Shown: piece after piece, positions 26,004 through 38,212 of the stretch | Position numbering within the stretch: the first letter of the stretch is position 1 | Layout of the letters: every line of letters starts with the position of its first letter | DNA from: Piromyces finnis finn | Taxonomy: Eukaryota > Fungi > Neocallimastigomycota | DNA length: 64,000 nucleotides | Assembly: GCA_002104945.1 (NCBI GenBank) | Contig: MCFH01000009.1 | Coordinates: 496,001 to 560,000 of the forward strand | Reading direction: 5' to 3' | The notes under the pieces: generated by a model | What the model was told of the DNA's origin: nothing | Database searches by the model: none | What the model saw: the letters and a program-made list of their open reading frames with translations, nothing else | Made by a program: the position numbers and the translations under genes

Positions 26004-27500
26004 TTAATAATCTGGTTTTCCGGATGATTTACATGTTACAATAAAACGACCTTTAGTGTAAACCTTAATTTCTTCTTTTTTTATTGGTTTAATATTAATT
26101 TCTGAGCAGCGTACTCCTTCATTAATAATAATAGATTTAGTGATTTTTAATTTAGAATGAGGTTTTATTGATTGTATAGAACTGTTAGAGAATGATGTAA
26201 GAGAAGTATTTCTTGAATGATTACTATTTGATTTATTGGTATATTCATCGGATTGCATTGAGTTTTTTCTTTGATAAGGAAAATTGTATTGATTTTTTGG
26301 TTTAATGGATGAATTGTAATATTGTGGTAATGACATAGAATTATTATTAACATTATTAGTAATAGTAGTAGAATGAATAATGTTATATGATGGATATGAT
26401 TTTTTACTATCAGTAATTAAATTAGGATTAGGATTAGGATTGAAATTGGTGGTATTGTAAAGTTCAATACCGGAATCACAACGACAACTTGAACTGAAAG
26501 AATTAGCATCAACATATGAATCTTGAAAAGAAGATGAATAATTATATGAACAATTACGATGACACATAGAAACAATACTTATTGATGCAGATCTCTGACG
26601 ACAATAAGCCTTATAATTATTATAATTTTCAAATGATGGAAGATTAGAAGATGAAGTGCAAGTAGAAGCGGATCTTTGACGTGCATGAATTTCTTCAATT
26701 GGATGATTAGTTTTAAATTTACTTTCTTGTTCTAATGGGTTAATAAAGAAAGACATATCAATAATCCTTGAAGTTGATTTTTTTCTTTTATGACAACAAC
26801 TATAACCTGGAATATCAACTGTTTTACTATTTACAATAAAATTATTTGAACCTGTAAACAAATTATGACTTGAACAACAAAAACTTTTGGAATAAGAACA
26901 AGTACAATACTCACATGAACAATTATTTTCTTCTTCAATATCAATACCATGATTTTTAATGTCATGATTTTCTTGAAAAATATTAATACCAACAGCTTTG
27001 GCAAATTCTTGTACAGTTAATTTTGAACATTCTTGAATATCTGAATCAGAATCACAAGTATCATTTTGGGTATCATTTATAGTTTCATTAATACTTTCAT
27101 TTTCTTTATTATTTCCACTCTTAACAGAGTTTGACCTTTCTATAGAATACTTTTTTGATTTTTTATGTTCTTTTCTAAACAACTTTAAAATTTTGGAAGA
27201 TATTTTATGTTTCATTTCTTTATTAATGCTATTATTATTATTATTAGTAGTGGTAGTAGTAGTAGTAGTAGTATTATTATTAGTATTATTATTATTATTA
27301 GTAGTAGTAGTAGTAGTAGTAATAGTATTATTATTATTAGCAGTAGTAGTAGTATTAATATTATTAGTATTATTATTAGTAGTAGTAGTAGTAATAGTAT
27401 TATTATTATTAGTAGTAGTAGTATTAATATTATTAGTATTATTATTAGTAATAGTAGTTGTAGTAGTAGTAGTAGTATTTGAAATAGTTTTTTTAACCAT
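26004..27500 (-). CDS. Intronless low-complexity hypothetical protein (paralogue A), 498 aa, with T/N-rich N-terminal extension
   Basis: Long single ORF in very AT-rich DNA. It shares several conserved blocks with the ORF at 33339-34928 (KLTxQEFAKAVGI, CxCEYC, NSKT...PGY, MSxFIxPxEQE, RxRSAS, IKPHS...KGRFxxT), which implies purifying selection. Confidence 0.85.
   Translation of the reverse strand: MVKKTISNTTTTTTTTITNNNTNNINTTTTNNNNTITTTTTNNNTNNINTTTTANNNNTITTTTTTTNNNNNTNNNTTTTTTTTTNNNNNSINKEMKHKISSKILKLFRKEHKKSKKYSIERSNSVKSGNNKENESINETINDTQNDTCDSDSDIQECSKLTVQEFAKAVGINIFQENHDIKNHGIDIEEENNCSCEYCTCSYSKSFCCSSHNLFTGSNNFIVNSKTVDIPGYSCCHKRKKSTSRIIDMSFFINPLEQESKFKTNHPIEEIHARQRSASTCTSSSNLPSFENYNNYKAYCRQRSASISIVSMCHRNCSYNYSSSFQDSYVDANSFSSSCRCDSGIELYNTTNFNPNPNPNLITDSKKSYPSYNIIHSTTITNNVNNNSMSLPQYYNSSIKPKNQYNFPYQRKNSMQSDEYTNKSNSNHSRNTSLTSFSNSSIQSIKPHSKLKITKSIIINEGVRCSEINIKPIKKEEIKVYTKGRFIVTCKSSGKPDY
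27228..27480. repeat. Compound (AGT/ATT)n trinucleotide tract encoding poly-Thr/poly-Asn in paralogue A
   Basis: Alternating AGT and ATT runs on the plus strand translate to TTTTTT/NNNN on the minus strand. Confidence 0.9.
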
Positions 27501-30500
27501 TCATATTTATATTACATATATACATACACATAAAATTTTTTATTCATTTATTTTTTTAGTTTTAAAAAAAAAACTTTAAAAAAAAAAAAGAAAAATAATA
27601 AAGTATTTATATGAATTAAAACCTTTCAATAATTCTCCAATATATTTTATTTATATTAATATATATAAATCCAGGGACTGTTTATTTTTTGCTTTCGTTT
27701 TTGTTTTTTTATCTTTTAAATAGTACTATGGGAGATTCAAAATGTAAAGATTATATATTTTATACAAGAAGAATAGGGATATTATATAAATTTATTTTAT
27801 ATTAATATTATAAATATTTTATATTAATCTATTTAAATTTTTAATAAATTATTATTTATTGTTCTATTCATTTATTTATTCATTCATTCAAATTATTTAT
27901 TCGTTCATTCAATTATTTGTTATGCTTTTTAAAATATTATATATTGACATTTATTAATTAAATTATATAACTATCCATTTAATTATTCATTCATTCATTC
28001 ATTTAATATTATTTACATTTATTTACTTATTCATTTACATTTCATGAATTGAATAAAAAACATGGGGTACAATAAATTAATAATTAAAGTTACTATTATA
28101 TTTTGATTTTTATTAAATTATTGGTATGACTTTTAAAATAATAATGGAAAATAAATTTACATATATACTTTCAATATATTGAAATGTTATAACATGATAA
28201 AAGCGGCAAAAAAAAATAATAAAAATTTAATTTTATTTATTCTATTTATATACATTTTTTTAAACACAACAAAGTATATAGTTTTATTCTTTTAAAATAT
28301 AAATATATAGAATATTATTTTAAAGCAAGATAATGATAATAAAAGATGCTTTTTTTTTATTATTATTAGTATTACTTTATCCTAATATTCATTCAATAAT
28401 TAATTCGATATATAAAAGTTTTTGAATATAGAAACAGCCATCACAATTATAATTAAATTCTTTATTTTTTAAATGTATATATATAAATTAAAATAGTTAA
28501 ACCTTTTTTATAATTATTGAAGCTTATTATATTAGAAATTGATCTAATATATTCTTTTTTTTTAATTTGTTTTTATATATCATTAAATATATATAATTCA
28601 ACTAACTTAAAATACTATAAATACTATTATATACACATAAATAAATAATATTAATTATGATGATAAAATCACAACATAAAAAATAGAGTTCAATTTAAAT
28701 AAAATATAAGGATTGTAATAATAATAAATACTCAATATATTTTAAACTAAATTGTAACAAAGAATTTTATATTAAAATTATTTTATTCTAGTAATATTAC
28801 AGGTTAAATAAAAAATTATTCCTATTAAATCATTGCTTTTTTCAAAAAAAAAAAAAAGTAAATTCTATACATATTTACGATAGTTTCATATTTTTTTTAA
28901 ATATATTAACAGGAAATAATAGAAGAATGCCATTATACTTTTAAATAAGAAATAATTTGATTTAAAAACATAGTTTCTTATTTATTATTTTTAATTGTTT
29001 TTATTTTGTTTATTATTTATATTTTAATGAAGAATTAGTTTCTAATTAATAAAAAGGAAAAGAATAGCATATACAGTTTCATATATTTTTTTTAATATTA
29101 GTATTACTTCTAGAATTTAGATAATATAAATAGTATAATTTTCTTTTATTTTATTTAAAACTATTTTTTTATGTTTTATTTTTTTATTTTTATTTTTAGA
29201 TTTTTAATTAATTATAAATTAATTTCTGTAAAATTAATTTATTATTTTTATATTATAAATAAAATTTAGTAAATGAAATAAAAATCCAATATCAATATAC
29301 AAAATCTAAAACTAACCCTTAAAATAAACAGACCATTGATTATACCAAATCACCTACAAAAAAGAAATTAAATAACAAAAGAAAAGGTTTTAATTGAATA
29401 TAAAGGTACATTATAAGAAGACATTAAAATCTACCTCTTATATTTAAAATAAAAAATAACTTTTAATTTCAAGAGAAATAATAATTTTCTTTTATATAAA
29501 AATTTTATTATTGTTACTTTTTTAAATTAAAATATATATATCAATGTACATGTATTGTATATTTTGTTATATTTTTGAATTTTATATAATTTCACTATTA
29601 TATAATTTCAACATGTTTTTTCGAAAAAAAAATATAAAACTTTATTTATGATTATTGTTATTTATTACTATTATCTTTTATTTTAATTTTTACTTCTTTT
29701 TAACATTTCAATAAAAGGAATAAAAGTATATAAAACTCAATAATAAATAATAAAAACATTAAATATTGTAGTAATTCTAAATTAATTATTGTTATTTTTA
29801 ATATTTTTATAAGCAATCTTTTCATTTTCATAGCTAAAATAATAATTATAAATATTTAAAAATTTGAAAAGAAATAAATATAGAATAAAAGTTTAATATT
29901 TATTTACATAGAATAGTTACATATAGAAAAATATAAATATGAAAGCAAAAAGTAAAAAGAGTGTTTATTTTATTATGACATAAAAATTTTCCAATACCTT
30001 GATTAATAATAATGTAAGTTTTTCATTTTCAAAATTTTTTTAAAAGGTTAAAGTTTAAAAGAAATTTTCATATTAAATGGTTAAGTTATTTTTTTTTAAA
30101 AAAAAATCACCGCAATTATTATTTAATTAAATTTACCTTTTTAAGAAAATTTATTTTTATTCCGCTATGATTATTAAAATTTAAAGTTAACTATGTAAAA
30201 TTTGTATTACCTTTTATGGTAAATTTAATTAAGCTATTATGTATAAACAAAGAATAATTTTTTTGATAATAACGGCATGATTTATTGATTTATTTTAAAG
30301 TTTAATTAATTAATAAATTAAATTTTAATTTTTATAAGAAAATGGAGGACAGAATTAATATATTTATGAATTAATTGATATTCTATTGTAAATAACAATT
30401 AAAAACATTTAAAGTTTCAGTAGTATCAAAAAATAAAGTTAATAAAAGTTCTTTTATTTAATATATATTATATATAAAGAAAAGAAAATATATAATATAT

Positions 30501-30972
30501 TATATATAATTTCAATATAAATATATATATGCTTTATATAATTGAATATTATATTAATGAATTTCTATTAAAATAATAATAAAAAAAAAAATGAAAAGGA
30601 TATATGAATTTTTAAAAGAGCGGTAAACTTGATATTCTATATGATTATCTTATTGTTAACTTTTTAATATATATACATATTTATATTAAATTATAAAAAT
30701 AAATAATAGATGATGATTTTATAAAACATAAAATAATTTTCAATTTTAATTATTAATTTTTTTTTTGTTGTTATTTATTGATAACAATTATTTCTTTTTT
30801 TAAAACTAATTTATAATATTTATTTTTATGTAATTTTATTTTCATATAAATAATTAAACTTGATATTTATCCTATTATGTAATTATATATTTTATTTTAT
30901 CAAGAAAGAACTATAATAGAATAACAAATGTATGTTAAAGCTAATAATTATAACATAGAATAACAAACAATA

Positions 30973-31075
30973 TATCCCAAATATTAGCTATAGATTAGTA
31001 ATCATTAAAGCTAATAGCAAACATATTGATTATCCCAAATATTAGCTATGGATTAGTAATCATTAAAGCTAATAG
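30973..31075. repeat. Two 45-bp direct repeats (period 58, one mismatch), each internally palindromic
   Basis: TATCCCAAATATTAGCTAT(A/G)GATTAGTAATCATTAAAGCTAATAG occurs at 30973-31017 and 31031-31075. Each copy has TATTAGCT/AGCTAATA and GATTA/TAATC arms. Confidence 0.85.
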
Positions 31076-33338
31076 GTAGATATTAAGTGACATATTCTAT
31101 GTATTATATATGATATGTTGCTTTTTTATTTAAGGATAATCCCTTTATTTTTATAAAGAATATTAATTAATATTGATGGCTATCATTCCTATTATTTTTT
31201 AATATTATAGAACATTAAAAAAGGATTCTAAAAAAAAACATGCTTTGTTTAAAAAGGAAATTTTAAAGTTTTCTATACAAAATAATTATATATTATATTG
31301 TAGTGAATATATTGTAATGTATTACATAGTAATATATTATATACTATTAATAAATTTATAATGTATATAAAAAATTAATAAAAAATGGCGATAACATAAA
31401 AGTATTAGGAAGAATAATAAAATTATGAAGTGATCCATAGAAATAGAATAGAATCCAATATTTCCTATTTTCTATCTATTCCTAAAATAATTCTATAAAT
31501 CATCAATTATAGAATGTTTCTATTTAAAGCGATATTTAATTAAAACATTTAATATAAATTATATTATTTTATTAGTTTAGCCAAACTTGTTATATAATAA
31601 ATTGATATTAATATCTTTTCTGTTGCTATAATCATAGAATTATGTTAAAAACTAGATTATCAAGCTCAACACATTAGATTAACAAATATATTATTAATAT
31701 ATTGTAATATATTATTAATAATTAATTTAAATATAAATAAATAAATTTAAGTAATATAAATTTAAATTAATATAAAAAGTTTAAACCTTTAAATTATTGC
31801 TAATTAAATGGTTAATTAAAATGTATATCATTGATATTATCCTATATATTATAATAAATTATTTTAAATATATTATAATTTATTTTTTATATTTAACTAA
31901 TTTATTACAGAGTATATTTCATAAGATTTTAGTATAGAATAAAATTTATAAAGAATTTTTTATTTCAAATAATTGTTAGAGGTGGATTTAAATTTATTAT
32001 AAATATATTAATAATTTATTATGAATTTAAATTCATTTTTTATTCTATTCTACAATATATTAGTTTTTATTATTTTATATTAAAATATAAATTTAATATT
32101 ATTTTAATTATCATTTTAATTTTGTTTATTCCAGTTTAATAAAATTTTAATTTCATCTTCATCGTGGAAATAAGGAAATTTCAAAAAAGAAATTACCAAA
32201 AAAAAAATAGTAATAAACTATTAATAATAATAGTAATAAAATAATAGGAACCTTATTTACTGACAATTTAATAGTTAAAATGTTATCTAATATATATACC
32301 TTTATATAATATCGTTAAATAAATAAATGGTGTATAGATAAAAGTAATTTCTAATCGTAGCCAATTAAATTAAATGAATAAATACAAATAAATTTCTAAA
32401 TCTATTATGAAAAATGAATAAATAACTAAATAAAACCATAACCAAACTTTAATTATTAATTAACTTTAAAATAGGAGCATAAAATTTTATTTAATAATAT
32501 TCTTTTTTAATACTAAAAGAAAAGAAAAAAGAATTAAAAAAAAAAAAAAACCTTTCTTCAATTTTTATTTTTTTTTCTTTATATTTTGTGTAGTTATATT
32601 TTTATTTATTTATTTATCTTTTTTTATATATATTTTACTATTTTTTATATTTTGTTATAGTTTATTTATATATTTATTGATTTAAAAGTATTTATAACAA
32701 AAGGAAATAAATAAATAAATAAAAATACAATAAAATCATCAAAAAAAAAAAAAAAAAAAGAAACATATCAAAATCATTTTACCATTAATATTAATAAGTA
32801 AGCAGAAAAAATTAATTATATATTAAAAAAAAATAAAAGATCTATAATGTATTCCAAAGTATAAAATTAGGAAATAAAAAAAATAATTTTCAATTTTTAA
32901 CAATGACAATTTAAATGAAAAACTATTTTTTTTTAAACATATTTTTATTTCAAAACGTTTAAACTTCTAATATATTAAACGTAATATTAATAATAATTTC
33001 ATTATAGATTGTATGTAAATAATTCACATTTTAATTGTTATTTTTTTATTAATAAAAATATTTTTTTTTTAACAAAATATTAGGTTATTATTATTTTAAA
33101 TTATAAAGAATAGAAAAAGGAATTTTTTTTATATGTTCACTAAAAACATGTTTTAAATACGTATATAACCAATTGTGTTAACAATTAACATTAACTTTGA
33201 TTCATTTTTTTAAAGTAAAAAACAAAAACAAATAGACACAAACATTTGTAAATAACAATTAATCTATTAAAAAAAATCAATAATAATATTTTTTTTTATC
33301 AAAGAAAGTAATTTAATTAATAAAAGTTAATATTAAAA

Positions 33339-34928
33339 ATGAAAAGCTCGTTAAAATCAAAAATTTCTCACTTTTTTAAAGGAAAACCATCAAAATTAGA
33401 AAAATATCCAACATACGACCAATCATACAAAGTTAAAAATGAAGTTAGAAATATTGAAAATGAAGATGCTAGAAGTATTCAAAGTGACAGAGGAAAAATC
33501 CAAATTAATAAAAAAGCACACAAAAAGCCAAAAAACAATTTAACTTTAAATTTATTAGAAACTAAAGTTAAAAATATTTCAGAGTTCCCAGTTTTATCTT
33601 CTCCTATGACTGATCAAAATGAATCTTCAAAATTAACAGCTCAAGAATTTGCTAAAGCTGTAGGTATTAAAATTTTACATAAAACTGATGAAGAAGAAGA
33701 TGAAGAATGTGATTGTGAATACTGTAGAAATGCTCATACTAGCTTAAATATTGTTTCAAATATCGATTCAAGTTGCGATGATAATATGTCAGCAACACCA
33801 ACTCAACAAATATCAAATGATGCTTTAAACCAATATTCTTTAAATTCTCCATTATCTTCAAATAATAATACAATTGGAGCTGGTAATATTAATATTCCTC
33901 CATTCCCAGCATTCAATTTTAGTTCAAGTAATGAAAATTTACAAAAATGTTCAAGTAATGCTTCTATCAATTCTACTACATCTAATAATTTCAATCATAT
34001 TATTACTAATAGTAAGACTATTGGTACTCCAGGTTATCATTGTCATCGTAGTAGAAAAAATTCAATTTCAAAAGTTGTCAATATGTCATTATTTATTCCT
34101 CCAACAGAGCAAGAACTTAAAAGTAGAGTTCAAAGTTCTTCATTATCCATTAATTCAACCCCAGAATCATCCTCTTCATTAATTCAAGCTGGTCCATCAA
34201 ATGAAAAAATTATTGGTGGAAGTTTAGATAGAAATAAGAACCTTGGTCGTAAAAAGAATTATTATGGTGTTATATCGCCAAATCGTGATAGATCTGCTTC
34301 GGCTAGTATTGCTGCTGTTAATAGACCAAGAATCTTAACTAATATGAATGACTACAAAACTTCTCCAATTTTAAGAGATTCTAGTGTTGGTTACTCCTCA
34401 CGTATTCAATTCAAGCAAGCATATCGTTGTGATTCAAATGCAGAAATTTCCAATACAAATGCCTCTAATATCAATCCTTCATCCCCAAACAAAAGACCCT
34501 ACCCACCCTCTCTTGCTTCTTCATCCTCTTCATCTACTACCCTTTCACCAGCTCTTTCATTAACTCATATTTCACAACCAAATCTTAATTCAATTGCTTC
34601 TTCCCAATCATCTTCTCAATCTATTAATTATAGACCACAAGAAAATCACCCAAGCCAACATTTAAATAATTACTCTCCAAGACCAGGAACCCCAGTAAAT
34701 TCAGTTAGATCACCAATGTCTTCCTCATGTTCTTCAATTACACCAATTAAACCACATTCAAGTTTCAAGATCACTAGATCTGTAACTATTTCTGAAGGTG
34801 GTCGTCATTCGGAAATTGATATTAAGCCACTTGAAAAGGAAGAAGTTATGGTTTATCAAAAGGGTCGTTTTACCATTACTTGTGAACATTCAAGACGTCC
34901 ATCAGTTAGTTCTTTCCAAGCCAATTAA
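33339..34928 (+). CDS. Intronless Ser/Asn-rich hypothetical protein (paralogue B), 529 aa
   Basis: Long ORF with coding-like GC content. Its blocks are colinear with those of paralogue A, and it ends VMVYQKGRFTITCEHSRRPSVSSFQAN*. Confidence 0.88.
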   Translation: MKSSLKSKISHFFKGKPSKLEKYPTYDQSYKVKNEVRNIENEDARSIQSDRGKIQINKKAHKKPKNNLTLNLLETKVKNISEFPVLSSPMTDQNESSKLTAQEFAKAVGIKILHKTDEEEDEECDCEYCRNAHTSLNIVSNIDSSCDDNMSATPTQQISNDALNQYSLNSPLSSNNNTIGAGNINIPPFPAFNFSSSNENLQKCSSNASINSTTSNNFNHIITNSKTIGTPGYHCHRSRKNSISKVVNMSLFIPPTEQELKSRVQSSSLSINSTPESSSSLIQAGPSNEKIIGGSLDRNKNLGRKKNYYGVISPNRDRSASASIAAVNRPRILTNMNDYKTSPILRDSSVGYSSRIQFKQAYRCDSNAEISNTNASNINPSSPNKRPYPPSLASSSSSSTTLSPALSLTHISQPNLNSIASSQSSSQSINYRPQENHPSQHLNNYSPRPGTPVNSVRSPMSSSCSSITPIKPHSSFKITRSVTISEGGRHSEIDIKPLEKEEVMVYQKGRFTITCEHSRRPSVSSFQAN

Positions 34929-36266
34929 ATTATTTATTGTTCAGTATATATATATATGCATTATTAAAAAATTCAAAAATAAAAAGAAAAATAAAAATAA
35001 TTTTTTTTTTCTTTTCCAAAAAGTAAAAGAAAAGAAAATAAAACAAAATTATAAACAAAATGTTTAAAATTTTTAGATGCACAAAAACCAGAAATGAGAA
35101 TAAAAAAAATCGATAAAGCCGTAATATCAATATAGATATTATTAATAAAAAAAGAAATACAATAAAGTATAACACTAATTATTATACACGTATAATAAAT
35201 AGTAGTTATTAAATAGTGGTCATTCAATAATATGAATGAAATCCATTAAAAACAATTGAAATATTGATCCTTTTTCAAAAACTTAAAAAAAAAAGGAAAC
35301 CAAGTTTAGATAACAACAAGAATAATATACTAAAACATGCAATTTATCAACAAAAAAATATAATTACACAAATATTAATTTTCAAGCTTATTTTAAAAAA
35401 AAAAAGTTTTGAAAATGTTAATTAACTTTTATAGAATTTTTTTATTTTTTTTTCCCTTTTTTTTTTTATTTTATTTTTACATAAGAGTATTTCTAATACT
35501 ATTAATGTAAATTATTATCATTATGTTAATATTATTATAATATTCTAATATATGCTAAAAAAAAAAAAAAAAAAAGGATACTAATGATAAGTATATATAA
35601 TTCTACTCGTAGTAAAAATGCTGCCTATATATCAACAAACAAATATAAAACAAAATAAAAATAATTTGATTATCATCAATTAATCAATTATACACATATT
35701 ACATATTATTTAAATAATTATATGTATTTAAACAACATGTTAATAGTAAATTGTAAAAAAAAAAAAGTTAAAAAAAAAATAAAAAAAGCATAATATTTAT
35801 ATTTAAAATATATAGACAATTAAATATTTCTTTATATAAACACTAAAGAAAATATTTATATAAAATAATACAGCAATTCTAATTAAAAATAGAAATTATT
35901 TTTAATTGAATTGTTGAAAATTATTTATTTAAAAATATAAATGACTTTTTTTATTTTTATATTTTTTTATTTTTTATGTTACTATTAATCAGGCAATACT
36001 TATAAAAAGAGTAATAATAATAATAATTAAAAAAAAAGATTTTATTATTATTTTTATTATAATTATGGCTTTATAGATTGTAATAGAAACATATAAAACC
36101 TTTTTTTTTTTCTTTTTGAAGCTATTCAAAAATATTTTTTGTAAAAATAATTTTTGTAAAAATAATTAATATTGTTAATGTATGTATGTAAATTTTTAAA
36201 ACTAAATAAAGTAAATATTAAACAAACAAACAAACAAACAAAAATAATAAAGGATATAAAGATAGT

Positions 36267-36300
<34 letters not shown>

Positions 36301-36532
36301 CTAATTGATTATTATTATAATCATTTTAACTTTTTACCATTGATTAAAACTAATGTCCAATTAAGGTTAAAAATATAATAGGTTAAAGAAAGAACATTAA
36401 AAATGTCTATCAGAAAGATTTTTAAATTTTTGGAACTAAAATATAAGTAACTACATTTTAAGAATAATTTACCAGTTTGACTACTACATTTCCTTTTTAA
36501 CCCCCCTCCTTTTCTATAAACTTTAATTTTTT

Positions 36533-36534
<2 letters not shown>

Positions 36535-36564
<30 letters not shown>

Positions 36565-36639
36565 AACATAATAATAATAATAATAATAAACATAATAATA
36601 AACATAATAATAAACATAATAATAAACATAATAATAAAC

Positions 36640-36671
<32 letters not shown>

Positions 36672-36687
36672 CATAATAATAATAAAC

Positions 36688-36722
<35 letters not shown>

Positions 36723-36774
36723 CATAATAATAAACATAATAATAAACATAATAATAATAATAATAATAATAAAC

Positions 36775-36817
<43 letters not shown>

Positions 36818-36830
36818 TAATAATATATAT
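36535..36830. repeat. Compound micro/minisatellite: (AAT)n runs punctuated by AAACAT
   Basis: Seen directly. It generates the three spurious poly-L/poly-I/poly-Y ORFs at 36497-36906. Confidence 0.92.
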
Positions 36831-37760
36831 TACTATCAACATACATTAAATAATATTTCAATAAATAATCAACATTGTTTACTGTATAAAATTTATTTAT
36901 TAACACGATTTTTTGAACAAAGTAATAACAAAAATAAAAAAAATAATTATAACAATAATCATATAAGTTTAATAAAGTTTTTTCTTTTCCTAATTATAAA
37001 AAAAAACATTGATAATAACTTCATTTTTAATTAATTTTTATTTTTTTTTAAATTTATAATTTTTTTTAAAAATATTTTTATTTTTAAATATAAATAATAT
37101 TTAACAAAAACGTGATCAACATAAATTTATGTTAGCTCATAACACCTATTTAGAAATGATGATTGGACTAAAAAATGTTATTGATTGGTTATAAATTGAT
37201 TTTAATTTTAATTATTGTATATTCTTTGTATAATCCAATTAATACTTAAAACAATATAATAAAATATATAAATCACTATATATATTATTATATTATTAAT
37301 ATATAAATTATATATCAATTAATTATTAAATAATATTATAAGGTAGTATTATTAAGAGTTTTTCTTTTTTTAAATACACACACAAAATAATCAAAATATT
37401 GATTCAATTAAAATATACAACAACAACTTAGTTATTATATATTTTAAGTATGTATAAAATGCATTTAATATTAATAAGAGAAAAAAAAAGTGTTCAATTA
37501 TGACTATTCTAAATAAACAAAATTCAATAATTTTTTTTTTCCCCAGAATTACATTTATGTTAGCAAGAACAAAGTTTTAATGAATATATCAAATATGTTC
37601 AATGGATAATAATGAGATTATATGTTGAAAATAAAATCATTAAGTGTACTCAAAATTTTAAAAATTAATTACTATTATTATTAAAAAAAAAAAAAAGAAT
37701 ATCAATTTATATAATATTTTCAGATATTCATTAATAAAATAACAATAATATATATATTTC

Positions 37761-37806
<46 letters not shown>

Positions 37807-38212
37807 TATCTTCTCTATTATTTCTCGATTATATTTTTAAAAAACTAAAATAAAAAACCCCTTTAAATCAATAATGCAATTAGTAGAATAAAAGATTATA
37901 GTGATCATTAAAATATATTGATACATTATTAATTTAATAAAAAAAAATGCCAAAGTAATCGTTTTGAAAAATCTGAAATTTAATAGAAAGATTTTAAAAT
38001 TTGGATTTGTTTTTTTTTTTAACATACCATTATTTTTTTTATGAATTTTTATTTAATATAAATTATATAAAATTTATGATTATGATTGATAAACATAATT
38101 TGCTAATTATTCTTATATTTATTTTACAACTATATAATGATAATTATAATCAACAATAATATCAACACAACAATAAAAACAACAAAAATAAAGAATTTAA
38201 AATAAAATCATA

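Noticed and set aside
26419-26441. (TTAGGA)n telomere-like repeat
   Set aside because: It has only about 3 units and lies inside paralogue A, where it encodes NPNPNPN.
34973-35227. 84-aa hydrophobic minus-strand ORF overlapping the 3' flank of paralogue B
   Set aside because: Its composition is that of AT-rich UTR, and Ile/Phe/Tyr richness is the default translation of such DNA.
35574-35624. Minus-strand GTATCCTT after an AG-bounded 43-nt segment (possible U12 donor); similar ATATCCTT words near 30596 and 36250
   Set aside because: There is no downstream TCCTTAAC branch site and no host gene. One or two such 8-mers are expected by chance in this much AT-rich DNA.
36497-36906. Three overlapping 100+ aa ORFs (poly-L, poly-I, poly-Y); likewise 27193-27579, 27207-27482 and 8833-9048
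   Set aside because: These are artefacts of trinucleotide or homopolymer repeats lacking stop codons.
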